Shown: positions 25,363-33,892, counted from the first letter of the stretch. The stretch is DNA of 64,000 nt from an uncultured Ignavibacteriales bacterium (GCA_964396245.1 CAYNEO010000017.1:1714-65713); one strand, 5' to 3'. Program-made: numbers and translations. Notes: generated from the letters alone by a model not told the origin.

Positions 25363-26793
25363 ATGGCAAAGAAGAAACAGAAAAAAGTCAAGCCGCAGGT
25401 TCTCAAGGGATTTCGCGATTATCCCCCGGCGGAGCAGTATGCCCGCGAACGCATGATAGCGAAGCTCCGTGACGGCGTGGAGTTGATGGGATTCATGCCG
25501 CTTCAGACGGCCTCTCTGGAGTTTGCGGAAACGCTTCTCGGGCCGCATTACAGCCAGGACTCGCTGGCGGAGTTGTTTGGCTTCACGGGGCCGGATGACA
25601 TCGAGATGGCGCTGCGCTACGAGTTTACGCTGTCGCTGGCCCGGTATGTCGCCGGTGAACCGAATCTGCCGCTGCCATTTCGCCGGTATCAGTACGGCAA
25701 TGTCTGGCGTGTGGATAAACCGGGTCCGGGGCGGTTCCGGGAGTTCATGCAATTTGACATTGATATCGTGGGGACAAAGAATCTGCTGGCCGATGCGGAG
25801 ATTATCGCGACAATGGTCGAGACGTTGAATCGCCTGGAGATCAAACGATACAAGGTTCGGTATTCCAACCGAAAACTGCTTAACGGGGTGGTAAAATATG
25901 CCGGGATACCGGACGAGACCGGTCCGGATGTCATGCGCGTAATCGACAAGCTCGAGAAGCAGGGCAAAGAGGCAGTGTTGCTGGAGCTTGGACCGGGCCG
26001 CACCGACAGTTCCGGGGATAAAATACCGGGGTTGAACCTGCAAAATGAATGGATTGCAGGACTCGAGACATTTCTAGATATCGCCGCAGAACGTGAGGGG
26101 GACCCGCTGCAAAAAGCAACGCAACTTGTGGGGGATATTCCGATTGCGAGAGAAGGGATAGAGGAATTAAGGCAAATCCAGTCTCATCTGGCGGCGATGC
26201 AGATAGATGAAAGCCGGACCGCCGTCGACCTGACAATTGTTCGGGGGCTCGGTTACTACACCGGTCCGGTATTCGAGACAACCCTTCTCGACCTGCCTGA
26301 TTTTGGCTCGGTGTTTTCCGGAGGGCGTTATGACAACCTTGTCGAGCGGTTCCTGAATACGCCGGTGCCGGCAACGGGTTCATCGATCGGGATTGATCGT
26401 CTGCTCGCGGCGTTGATCGAGTTGAAGGCTCTCAACCTTGAAACATCTGTCTCTAAAGTGCTGGTCACGATCATGGACCGCGAGCGGCTGCCGGAGTATC
26501 TGAAGATTCTTCGCGAACTCCGAGACGCCGGGATTCCATCGGAAATTTTCGTGGGCGACACCAAGAACCTTACGAAGCAGATCAAGTATGGTGACAAGTT
26601 GGGAATTCCGTTCGCTGTTATTGCCGGTTCCAATGAGTTCGAGACCGGTACTATTACGGTCAAGAATATGGAGGCAGGGGCTGAGAAGGCATACGCGACA
26701 TCGGAACGCGACGAATGGCTGAAAGCTGAGGGTTTCCAGGAGACCATTCCGCGTGACCAGCTGATCGACTACCTAAAGAAACGCACTACATAA
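25363..26793 (+). CDS. hisS: histidine--tRNA ligase
   Basis: Class II motifs are present: FRRYQYGNVWRVDKPGPGRFREFMQFDIDIVG (motif 2 region) and GGRYDNLV (motif 3). A C-terminal anticodon-binding domain follows (VLVTIMD...IPFAVIAGSNEFETGTITVKNM). The N-terminus is Lys-rich: MAKKKQKKVKPQ. Confidence 0.9.
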   Translation: MAKKKQKKVKPQVLKGFRDYPPAEQYARERMIAKLRDGVELMGFMPLQTASLEFAETLLGPHYSQDSLAELFGFTGPDDIEMALRYEFTLSLARYVAGEPNLPLPFRRYQYGNVWRVDKPGPGRFREFMQFDIDIVGTKNLLADAEIIATMVETLNRLEIKRYKVRYSNRKLLNGVVKYAGIPDETGPDVMRVIDKLEKQGKEAVLLELGPGRTDSSGDKIPGLNLQNEWIAGLETFLDIAAEREGDPLQKATQLVGDIPIAREGIEELRQIQSHLAAMQIDESRTAVDLTIVRGLGYYTGPVFETTLLDLPDFGSVFSGGRYDNLVERFLNTPVPATGSSIGIDRLLAALIELKALNLETSVSKVLVTIMDRERLPEYLKILRELRDAGIPSEIFVGDTKNLTKQIKYGDKLGIPFAVIAGSNEFETGTITVKNMEAGAEKAYATSERDEWLKAEGFQETIPRDQLIDYLKKRTT

Positions 26794-26862
26794 GTGCTGT
26801 ATCGTCTTATGTTGTCGTCTATTAGTGTCCGATAATTCCGGATCAAATTACAAGGAAATAGC

Positions 26863-27621
26863 GTGAAGCAGAAGTCTGTATTCGACAAATACGCCCATGA
26901 ATATGACTTGATCACCAACGCGGCGCAGCGTACAGGATATCATCGTAAGGAAGTTCAGGCACTGATTGACCGGTTCCGTCCAACCAGGGTCCTCGATGCC
27001 GGTTGTGCCGCCGGGCTGACAGCCTCATTGTTTGCACATCAAGGAATTGCTGCCGTGGGTTTGGACCGGTCCCGCTCGATGCTGAAGGTGGCAAAAGAGA
27101 AATATGACGGACAGAATCTGCCACTCACATTCCGGTACGGGCAGTTCGAGAAGCTACCGCGATCTCTTCACGGCAAATTTGACCTCGTTGTCTGCCTGGC
27201 AAATGCCATAGCCGGCGTAGATACACTGGCAAACCTCCGCGCCTCGATGAAAGGCTTTCACGCCGTGCTTCAGCCGGGCGGGGTACTGGTGCTTCAGATG
27301 CTAAATTATTCGGCTATTATTGAAAATACGCCGGTGCCGATCAAGGTTACGAACAATGACGGAATCGTGTATGCCCGCTACGCTAGACGGCAGGGACGGC
27401 GGTATACGCTCCACCTGGTGCGTCTGGACTTAAATGCCGAGCCTATCGGTTTCGAGCCGTTTTGCACGGACTTCGACAATTTCACTCCCGATGAGGTTCA
27501 CAAGGCAATTGAAAAGGCAGGGTTCAAAGAGATAAAACGGTCTGGGAATCTTCTGTTAACGAGTCGGTTCAGTCGGAAATCCCGCGATCTGGTGATCATG
27601 GCGCGCCGGGCGAAGGCGTAG
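26863..27621 (+). CDS. class I SAM-dependent methyltransferase
   Basis: GTG start. SAM-binding motif I is VLDAGCAAGLTASLFA, and motif II-like is FDLVVCLANAI. The protein is 252 aa. Confidence 0.75.
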   Translation: MKQKSVFDKYAHEYDLITNAAQRTGYHRKEVQALIDRFRPTRVLDAGCAAGLTASLFAHQGIAAVGLDRSRSMLKVAKEKYDGQNLPLTFRYGQFEKLPRSLHGKFDLVVCLANAIAGVDTLANLRASMKGFHAVLQPGGVLVLQMLNYSAIIENTPVPIKVTNNDGIVYARYARRQGRRYTLHLVRLDLNAEPIGFEPFCTDFDNFTPDEVHKAIEKAGFKEIKRSGNLLLTSRFSRKSRDLVIMARRAKA

Positions 27622-27831
27622 TAGTCATCTAGTTGGGTGCGTCAGGCGGCACCCGCCTTCGACGGACAACACCTGACGCAACGGACGAGTCAACGCCATC
27701 GCAAAAGGGAAAGGGAGCTGTGTTAAAGGGAAAGTGGCATTTCTGAGGACAGAAATGCCCTACTGAACGGATGAAGTCCATTGACAGGCCTGATGCTATG
27801 TGATGACGGTCCCGGATAAACGCCATAACCG

Positions 27832-27859
27832 TTGACTTCGCAGCGATTTCCCCTATCTT
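27832..27859 (+). promoter_or_regulatory. sigma70-like promoter giving a (near-)leaderless mRNA for the 497-aa membrane protein
   Basis: TTGACT (27832-27837), 16-nt spacer, TATCTT (27854-27859). The ATG at 27872 is only 12 nt after the -10 box, and no SD lies in between. Confidence 0.45.
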
Positions 27860-27871
27860 CACACAATTGCT

Positions 27872-29365
27872 ATGCGCAGAATACTATTCACCATATTGAT
27901 GTTGCTGACAGCATTGTCGGCGGCGACTGCTCAATCGCCGAGATCCGTGAAGGCGACCAAATCAGTCACTGACTTCAGGCCGATAGGCGAGGTGCGGATA
28001 TGGACGGTGACATACCGCGCCAAGGACTTCGGCCGGCTGGTGTCGAAGATCGAGAAGCAGACAGAGGTTGACGGACGGGAAGCGATCGCGATCACCAATA
28101 TGATGGGCATCAATTATGCCAAGATGAATACCGGTATTCAGCGAATGACTACCGCGGACGGGGTTCATTATGTCATGCCCGACGGACGGTATCTGGGCGA
28201 TGACCTGACGCTGGGTACCGACAACCGCAAAGAGCAACTTCACCTGCGGATGAAAGAGGACGACGGTCAGTGGCGGGCAGAGGGTTATTATACTCGCGGT
28301 GGAGAACGGCGCGATGAATCGATCGATTTGCCGGGTCCGGTGTACTCCTGGGAACCGTTCTTTGTCGATCAACTCGAGATCTGGCTGGCGACCCATGATA
28401 TCCGTGAGGGAGACACGCTGTCCGATACGCTCTTCGCTCCGCAGACCGGCAGTTTGTTCCATTTCGCCGCTACCGTCGATACGTTCATGTACCAGGAGCT
28501 GTGGAAGGGACGTTTCGATTCGGTATTCATTATCAATGTCACTCAGCCGCAGCCCTACCTCGTGTTTTTCACACCGGACAAACGACTTGTCCGAATTGAC
28601 TTCCTGACCCAGTCGTATCGTGTGTACCAGGATTTGATCAGCCAGTCGAAGAATGAAGAACAGGTTCAGCCGGCGTATACGTTCCGAACATTTGTGAATC
28701 TTTTGCCGCGATATGTCTTTTTCCTTGCTGTGGCGGGATTAATCCTGGTGCTGGTGGCTCCCCGGGGAGTCGGCAAACCGGTGGCGTACCTGTTCGTGGT
28801 GGCGGGGGCGGTGGTATATCTTTTGGTGGCGTACGGAGTGGTGCCGCTACAGACTTTCGTGATCAAAGAACTTCAGGCGACAGGCGGTACCGTTTACGTC
28901 TGGTGGATATTCCCGTCGCTGATATTCGGCATCGCGCAGGAGGTTCTCAAAACGGTGACGATCTGGATTTCCGGTCGCTGGAGGAGAGGGCTGTCATTGA
29001 GACTGTGGGTTATCGGGGCTTTTATCGGCGCCGGATTCGGATTGGTCGAAACCGTATACCAGACGCGGCTGGCGGAACATGTGCCGCTGTTTGACTGGAG
29101 TCTGCTGGAGCCGAGTTTTCTGCTGGTGTTCCATATCGCCTCGGGGGCATTGATAGGCTGGGCGCTTTCGGTGGGCCCGGCGCGCACGATACGAGTGGTG
29201 ATAATTACGATAATTATAAATGGGGTGCTCAGGTATCTGCCGGTGTTTGTCCTCAAGCGGGTTGCCGATGTCGGGATAACATCGCTTGTCGGCGTTATAA
29301 TCACGCTGGTGTTTCTGGCGGCAGTGGTCTTTATTCTCAAGCAAGAAACCACTCAGCGCACATAG
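27872..29365 (+). CDS. membrane protein: periplasmic N-domain plus polytopic C-domain resembling PrsW/YhfC-type intramembrane proteases
   Basis: Signal peptide is MRRILFTILMLLTALSAATA. A soluble region of ~260 aa is followed by 6-7 TM helices carrying GIAQEVLK, GFGLVETVYQ and FHIASGALIG, which resemble the E-E-x-x-K / H motifs of PrsW/YhfC. The resemblance is by eye only. Confidence 0.5.
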   Translation: MRRILFTILMLLTALSAATAQSPRSVKATKSVTDFRPIGEVRIWTVTYRAKDFGRLVSKIEKQTEVDGREAIAITNMMGINYAKMNTGIQRMTTADGVHYVMPDGRYLGDDLTLGTDNRKEQLHLRMKEDDGQWRAEGYYTRGGERRDESIDLPGPVYSWEPFFVDQLEIWLATHDIREGDTLSDTLFAPQTGSLFHFAATVDTFMYQELWKGRFDSVFIINVTQPQPYLVFFTPDKRLVRIDFLTQSYRVYQDLISQSKNEEQVQPAYTFRTFVNLLPRYVFFLAVAGLILVLVAPRGVGKPVAYLFVVAGAVVYLLVAYGVVPLQTFVIKELQATGGTVYVWWIFPSLIFGIAQEVLKTVTIWISGRWRRGLSLRLWVIGAFIGAGFGLVETVYQTRLAEHVPLFDWSLLEPSFLLVFHIASGALIGWALSVGPARTIRVVIITIIINGVLRYLPVFVLKRVADVGITSLVGVIITLVFLAAVVFILKQETTQRT

Positions 29366-29405
29366 GCTGTCAGCGCGTTCGGCAGGTTCCGGAAGGGCTT
29401 AAATC

Positions 29406-29434
29406 TTGACAGAAAAAGGGATGGGCCGTATTAT
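29406..29434 (+). promoter_or_regulatory. sigma70-like promoter upstream of the ROK kinase gene
   Basis: TTGACA (29406-29411), 17-nt spacer, TATTAT (29429-29434). It lies ~70 nt upstream of the ATG at 29504. Confidence 0.5.
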
Positions 29435-29503
29435 TCCACGGCCCGGTAAGTGACGAGACGACAACGAATCAACGATTGTTGATGCAACAGGCTGCGGGAG
29501 ACT

Positions 29504-30469
29504 ATGTCAGGTAAGATTGCGAACGCCGGAATCGATATCGGGGGCACGAATATCAAATTCGGCCTGGTAGATACATCGGGAAAAGTGCTCTATCGTGAGC
29601 AGCGCCCGACCCTGGTGGAAAAAGGGGCTGATCCGCTCATGCACCTCATTACGAATATATCCGAGGGGCTTTTGTACCACGCCGCTGAAGAGGAATACGA
29701 GGTCCGCTGGCTCGGAATCGGGACGCCGGGAGCAGTGGATATAAAGACCGGGACAGTCATCGGACCGTGCCCGAATATCGCGGGCTGGCAGGGGATGGAG
29801 ATCGGCAAAATCCTTCGCGACCGGCTGAACACGCCGGTATATGTGGAAAACGATGCCAATGTCATGGCGCTGGCGGAGGCCCGTTTTGGCGCGGCTATCG
29901 GCTATAAGTCAGTCGTTTGTGTTACGCTCGGCACCGGAGTCGGCGGCGGGATTATCATGGACGGCAGGCTCTGGCGCGGAGCGACGGGCTCGGCCGGAGA
30001 GATCGGGCATATGTCGATCAATTTTGAGGGGCCATCGTGTGTCGACGGCAACAACGGGTGTCTCGAAGGGTATTGTGCCTCGCATGCAATAATCGGCCGG
30101 GCAAAGGCGCTGCTAAGAGACGGACTGACTCCGGTTTTCGAGGAGGTCCTTGGCGGAGATATCGAGAACCTGTCGATCAAGAAGCTGTTCGCGGCGGGAA
30201 GGAAGGGTGACGAGATCGCCAAATCGGTGATAGACGAGACGGCCCGGTATCTCGGGATTGGTCTGGCCGGCGTGGTGAACCTTTTGAATCCTGAAATCGT
30301 AGTAATAGGCGGCGGCATAGCCGACGGCGGCGGTGAATTTGTCGAACAGGTTGCCGCCGAGATAAAGAAGCGAGCTTTCGATTCCGCCACCAGGAACCTG
30401 CGAGTCGCCCGGGCCACGCTCGGAAATGACGCCGGTTTTATCGGCGCCGGCATTCTCGGTGAGGTTTAA
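29504..30469 (+). CDS. ROK family sugar kinase (glucokinase-like)
   Basis: The ATP-binding N-terminus is GIDIGGTNIKFGLV, followed by ENDANVMALAE. The ROK zinc motif is HMSINFEGPSCVDGNNGCLEGYCS. Confidence 0.85.
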   Translation: MSGKIANAGIDIGGTNIKFGLVDTSGKVLYREQRPTLVEKGADPLMHLITNISEGLLYHAAEEEYEVRWLGIGTPGAVDIKTGTVIGPCPNIAGWQGMEIGKILRDRLNTPVYVENDANVMALAEARFGAAIGYKSVVCVTLGTGVGGGIIMDGRLWRGATGSAGEIGHMSINFEGPSCVDGNNGCLEGYCASHAIIGRAKALLRDGLTPVFEEVLGGDIENLSIKKLFAAGRKGDEIAKSVIDETARYLGIGLAGVVNLLNPEIVVIGGGIADGGGEFVEQVAAEIKKRAFDSATRNLRVARATLGNDAGFIGAGILGEV

Positions 30470-30486
30470 CAGAAAAGGTATCTACA

Positions 30487-30861
30487 ATGGCAAAGTCATC
30501 GGCAAATTGTCCCGCGACATTCAATATTGCGAAATGGTACGGCTATGTTTTCGCCGGGTTTTACCTCGTCTACGGGGGAGTGACGCTCATCCTTGATTTC
30601 ATGGATCACACCTATGAGAACGTCGAGCGGTCGCTGATTGCCCTGTTGATCGGGATTATTGTCCTCATAATTGTCTACGCGTATCGTGACCTCAAGACCT
30701 GGGGTTGGTACGGGATGCTGACAGTGCATGGGCTGGTGGTTGTATACATGCTTTTTACGATCAGTCAGTTGACGAGTGTCATCCTGCTGACTCTCTCAGG
30801 CGCCACGGTCGTTCTTCTGCTGTTACCCTCCACAAAAGAGTGCGTGTTCGGAAGCCGGTAA
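30487..30861 (+). CDS. small 4-TM membrane protein, unknown function
   Basis: The 124-aa protein has four hydrophobic helices. Its start is 17 nt after the ROK stop on the same strand. Confidence 0.55.
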   Translation: MAKSSANCPATFNIAKWYGYVFAGFYLVYGGVTLILDFMDHTYENVERSLIALLIGIIVLIIVYAYRDLKTWGWYGMLTVHGLVVVYMLFTISQLTSVILLTLSGATVVLLLLPSTKECVFGSR

Positions 30862-30868
30862 TTTTCAA

Positions 30869-30896
30869 TTGACAACCGGCGAATTCTTCATAAATT
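30869..30896 (+). promoter_or_regulatory. sigma70-like promoter for tRNA-Phe
   Basis: TTGACA (30869-30874), 16-nt spacer, TAAATT (30891-30896). The tRNA 5' end is 31 nt downstream. Confidence 0.5.
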
Positions 30897-30926
30897 GGCG
30901 AAACCTGTCAAGCAGGCATATCAGAT

Positions 30927-30999
<73 letters not shown>

Positions 31000-31047
31000 C
31001 TTTTTTTCCGTAAAAACGATCGAAAAGGGAAATAGGGAGCAACCGGG

Positions 31048-31500
31048 TCAGTCTACTCGAAAAGAGGGCAGTTGCTTCTTTGGGCTGCCGCAACCCGAGC
31101 AGCCGCCGCAGGCTTTGATTTTATCGGTGAGCATATCGATGTGCACCAGCACCGTCAATTCGACGCCATCGGGACCATAGACGACCGATTCGACGGTGCA
31201 TTCGCTGTGGGACTCTGACAATTCCCGGCCAAGAAATTCCGCCAATCCACTCTGTACGGCGAAATAGTGTTTCAGATAGACCATTTCTCTCAAGTCGCTG
31301 GAGAAAGTAATCCCCGAGTAGAATTCATCAGCCGGTTTCTGAACGATTTCCGTGGCGGTTTGGCCGCGGATCATCTTGAGAATCAATTCATCGCGTCCCA
31401 TGGTGCCGCCGCAGGTGCGCTTGTTCAGCGAATACGAGGTGATGCGGTCCTCGGGGTCGAGGCTGATCTTCAGTAATTCTGTGACATCGCTACAGGGCAT
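31048..31500 (-). CDS. hypothetical 150-aa Cys-rich protein (C-terminal CGGCSGCG motif)
   Basis: No SD is present, but a promoter-like element lies immediately upstream, so the mRNA is possibly leaderless. Cys motifs are TCGG near the N-terminus, HSEC mid-protein and ACGGCSGCG near the C-terminus. No family was recognised with confidence. Confidence 0.5.
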   Translation of the reverse strand: MPCSDVTELLKISLDPEDRITSYSLNKRTCGGTMGRDELILKMIRGQTATEIVQKPADEFYSGITFSSDLREMVYLKHYFAVQSGLAEFLGRELSESHSECTVESVVYGPDGVELTVLVHIDMLTDKIKACGGCSGCGSPKKQLPSFRVD

Positions 31501-31508
31501 ACATTAAG

Positions 31509-31536
31509 GATATAAAACGTCCATATTATCTGTCAA
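31509..31536 (-). promoter_or_regulatory. possible promoter producing a leaderless mRNA for the Cys-rich protein
   Basis: The minus strand reads TTGACA (31536-31531), 16-nt spacer, TATATC (31514-31509). The ATG at 31500 starts 9 nt after the -10 box. Confidence 0.35.
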
Positions 31537-31748
31537 GTACAATGCGCGCTCAACGTACTATTTGCCTGCGGGTCAATTCGCCAGGTGCTAGACCGCGAAG
31601 CGCGGGAATACGTTCCACGGCTATTGTCTTTTCGTCCGGAAAATGATATATTCGGGCCGTGTAGAGGTCAGGGCACATCGGTCAGTGCGGTTCCGTGGCT
31701 GTCCAGAGTGCCATTGCGTGAATAGACAAGCATAAGGATATAACCGCA

Positions 31749-32954
31749 ATGTTTCAGATCAACGACTACGTAGAGCCGCTTCGCTGGCCGATCGCTCCCC
31801 ATGTCAGGTACCTGCAATCATCAATTATCCGCGAGATCCTCAAGATTTCGTCACAGCCGGGCGTGATGTCATTTGCGGGAGGTCTTCCGGCGCCGGAGTT
31901 ATTCCCAATCGAGCAGTTGAAGGAAATCTGTGCGTACGTGCTTGACAATTACGGTTCGGATGCCGTCCAATATTCGCTGTCGAAAGGCGTAACGCCGTTT
32001 CGCGAACTGATTGCCGAGCGGGCGACCAAGGGCGGGTCGCCGACCGATGTCGAGAATGTCCTGATCACTTCCGGTTCGCAACAGGGCATTGAATTGCTTG
32101 CCAGAGCCTTTATTGATCCCGGCGATTATATCCTGACGGAAAGTCCGACCTATGTCGGGGCTCTTCAGGCGTTCAACTACTACCAGGCGCGATATTGCAC
32201 GGTGCCGATGGATGGAGAGGGGATGCTGGTTGATTTGATCGAGGACAAGATCAAGCAGTACAACCCCAAGATGATCTATACGGTGTCGAATTTCCAGAAT
32301 CCGACGGGCATTACGATGTCGGCCCGGCGTCGTATCCGGCTGGTCGAACTGGCGGCAAAATACGATATTCCGGTAATCGATGACAACCCGTATTCCGAGA
32401 TCCGCTTTGCGGGCGAGAACTTACCGACGTTGAAGAACCACGGCGGCGATGAAGTTATTGCGTTGAAAACGTTCTCCAAGACGATTGCTCCCGGGTTCCG
32501 TATCGGCTGGATGAACGGTCCGAAGCCGATCATCAATTTCTTCGAAAAAGTCAAACAGTGCGCCGACCTTCATACCAGCACTTTCAACCAGTACGTGATC
32601 ATGGAGTTTATCAAGCAAGGGTACCTCGAGCCGCACCTCGAGAAGGTAAAAGCGGACTACCTGGCCAAGCGAAACACGATGCTCAAGACGCTCGAGGATA
32701 CGTTCCCGGAAGGGATTACGTGGACAAAGCCGGACGGCGGATTATTCCTGTGGCTGGAACTGCCTCAGCATGTATCGGCCAAGGCGCTTCTGCCGAAGGC
32801 GGTCGAACAGAAAGTGGCGTACGTGTACGGCGAGCCGTTCTTCCCTCACGGCGATGGCGAGAATACGCTCCGGCTGAATTTCTCGAACTGCACGCATGAG
32901 GGGATTATCGAAGGAATTTCGCGGCTGGCGAAGTTATTCAAGGCGAACATGTGA
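31749..32954 (+). CDS. PLP-dependent aminotransferase, LysN / 2-aminoadipate-aromatic-kynurenine aminotransferase-like
   Basis: The sequence SSIIREILKISSQPGVMSFAGGLPAPELFP is nearly identical to the signature I recall from Thermus LysN. It is followed by NFQNPTG and the PLP lysine motif TFSKTIAPGFRIGW. Confidence 0.85.
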   Translation: MFQINDYVEPLRWPIAPHVRYLQSSIIREILKISSQPGVMSFAGGLPAPELFPIEQLKEICAYVLDNYGSDAVQYSLSKGVTPFRELIAERATKGGSPTDVENVLITSGSQQGIELLARAFIDPGDYILTESPTYVGALQAFNYYQARYCTVPMDGEGMLVDLIEDKIKQYNPKMIYTVSNFQNPTGITMSARRRIRLVELAAKYDIPVIDDNPYSEIRFAGENLPTLKNHGGDEVIALKTFSKTIAPGFRIGWMNGPKPIINFFEKVKQCADLHTSTFNQYVIMEFIKQGYLEPHLEKVKADYLAKRNTMLKTLEDTFPEGITWTKPDGGLFLWLELPQHVSAKALLPKAVEQKVAYVYGEPFFPHGDGENTLRLNFSNCTHEGIIEGISRLAKLFKANM

Positions 32955-32990
32955 GCGGTTTGAACGCTAAGGATATCGATCGATAACCAG

Positions 32991-33018
32991 AACCCGCCTT
33001 CGGGCGGGTTTGTCATTG
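32991..33018 (+). terminator. rho-independent terminator after the aminotransferase gene
   Basis: aacccgcc-TTCG-ggcgggtt is an 8-bp stem with a tetraloop, followed by tgtcattg. With the stem Ts this reads GGGTTTGTCATT. Confidence 0.6.
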
Positions 33019-33049
33019 TGAACAACGACGGGAGCGAGTGCAGAGAACT

Positions 33050-33892
33050 ATGAGAATCAGGTGGTCGAAATACCAGGCGCTGGGGAACGATTTTCTCGTA
33101 ATCGAGGCTTCTCGCTCGAGGATGAGTCGGGCCCGGCTGGGTCGTCTTGCAAGGGCGATCTGTGACCGCCGGTACGGAGTCGGAGCGGACGGTATCGTGT
33201 ATTTGTCCGGCAGTCGGGCAGCTGACAGCAAGTTCGACATTTTCAACGCCGACGGTGGCTGGGCGGAGAAGTCGGGCAACGGACTTCGAATCGCCGGCGT
33301 CCACCTGGCAACGCACGGTAGTCGGAGGCGCAATTTCATGTTCGAGACGGCCGGTTCGATAGACCGCGTGCGACTGACCCGGAAGATACCGGGCGGTTAC
33401 ATCACCAATGCCGAGCTTGGAACGCCGGAGTTTCGCACGAAGTTGATTCCGGTTCGGACGAGGTCGAAATACCTGATCAATTCGCCGCTCAAGATCGGCG
33501 GCGTGGAACTTCCGGTTACGTGTGTGGCCGTGGGCAATCCCCATACGGTTCTGGTCGTTGATGACCTGAACTTCGACTGGCAACAGCTCGGGGCGGAGAT
33601 AGAGGTCGCGCGGACATTTCCGAATGACACGAACGTAGAGTTTGTGAAGCCGGTGAGCCGAAAGAAAATCAGGGTGGTCAGCTGGGAGCGGGGGGCAGGC
33701 GCCACGGGGTCATCGGGCACGGGAGCGGCGGCATCGGTAGCGGCGCTGGTGATGCTCGGGATAGTCGACCGGACATGCGAGGTGGTTTTCGAGGCAGGCT
33801 CTCTGACAATCAACTGGGACGGGGAGGCGGATATTATTGATGTCACCGGGCCGGTCATTTTTGTGGCCGAGGGAACCTTTCCGTTTATGTGA
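33050..33892 (+). CDS. diaminopimelate epimerase (DapF) family protein lacking both catalytic cysteines
   Basis: DapF-family landmarks are YQALGNDFLVIE, IFNADGGWAEKSGNGLR, VAVGNPHTVLVVDD and WERGAGATGSSGTGAAA. The two conserved Cys positions (CGNG and ACG[ST]G) are both Ser here. The start is either the ATG at 33050 or the GTG at 33038. Confidence 0.8.
   Translation: MRIRWSKYQALGNDFLVIEASRSRMSRARLGRLARAICDRRYGVGADGIVYLSGSRAADSKFDIFNADGGWAEKSGNGLRIAGVHLATHGSRRRNFMFETAGSIDRVRLTRKIPGGYITNAELGTPEFRTKLIPVRTRSKYLINSPLKIGGVELPVTCVAVGNPHTVLVVDDLNFDWQQLGAEIEVARTFPNDTNVEFVKPVSRKKIRVVSWERGAGATGSSGTGAAASVAALVMLGIVDRTCEVVFEAGSLTINWDGEADIIDVTGPVIFVAEGTFPFM

Noticed and set aside
25300-26043. 247-aa minus-strand ORF
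   Set aside because: It is antisense to hisS and extends into the hisS promoter region. It has no RBS or recognisable domain.
32846-33583. 245-aa minus-strand ORF spanning the aminotransferase 3' end, the terminator and the dapF-like gene
   Set aside because: It crosses a clear terminator hairpin and is antisense to two genes with strong family motifs.
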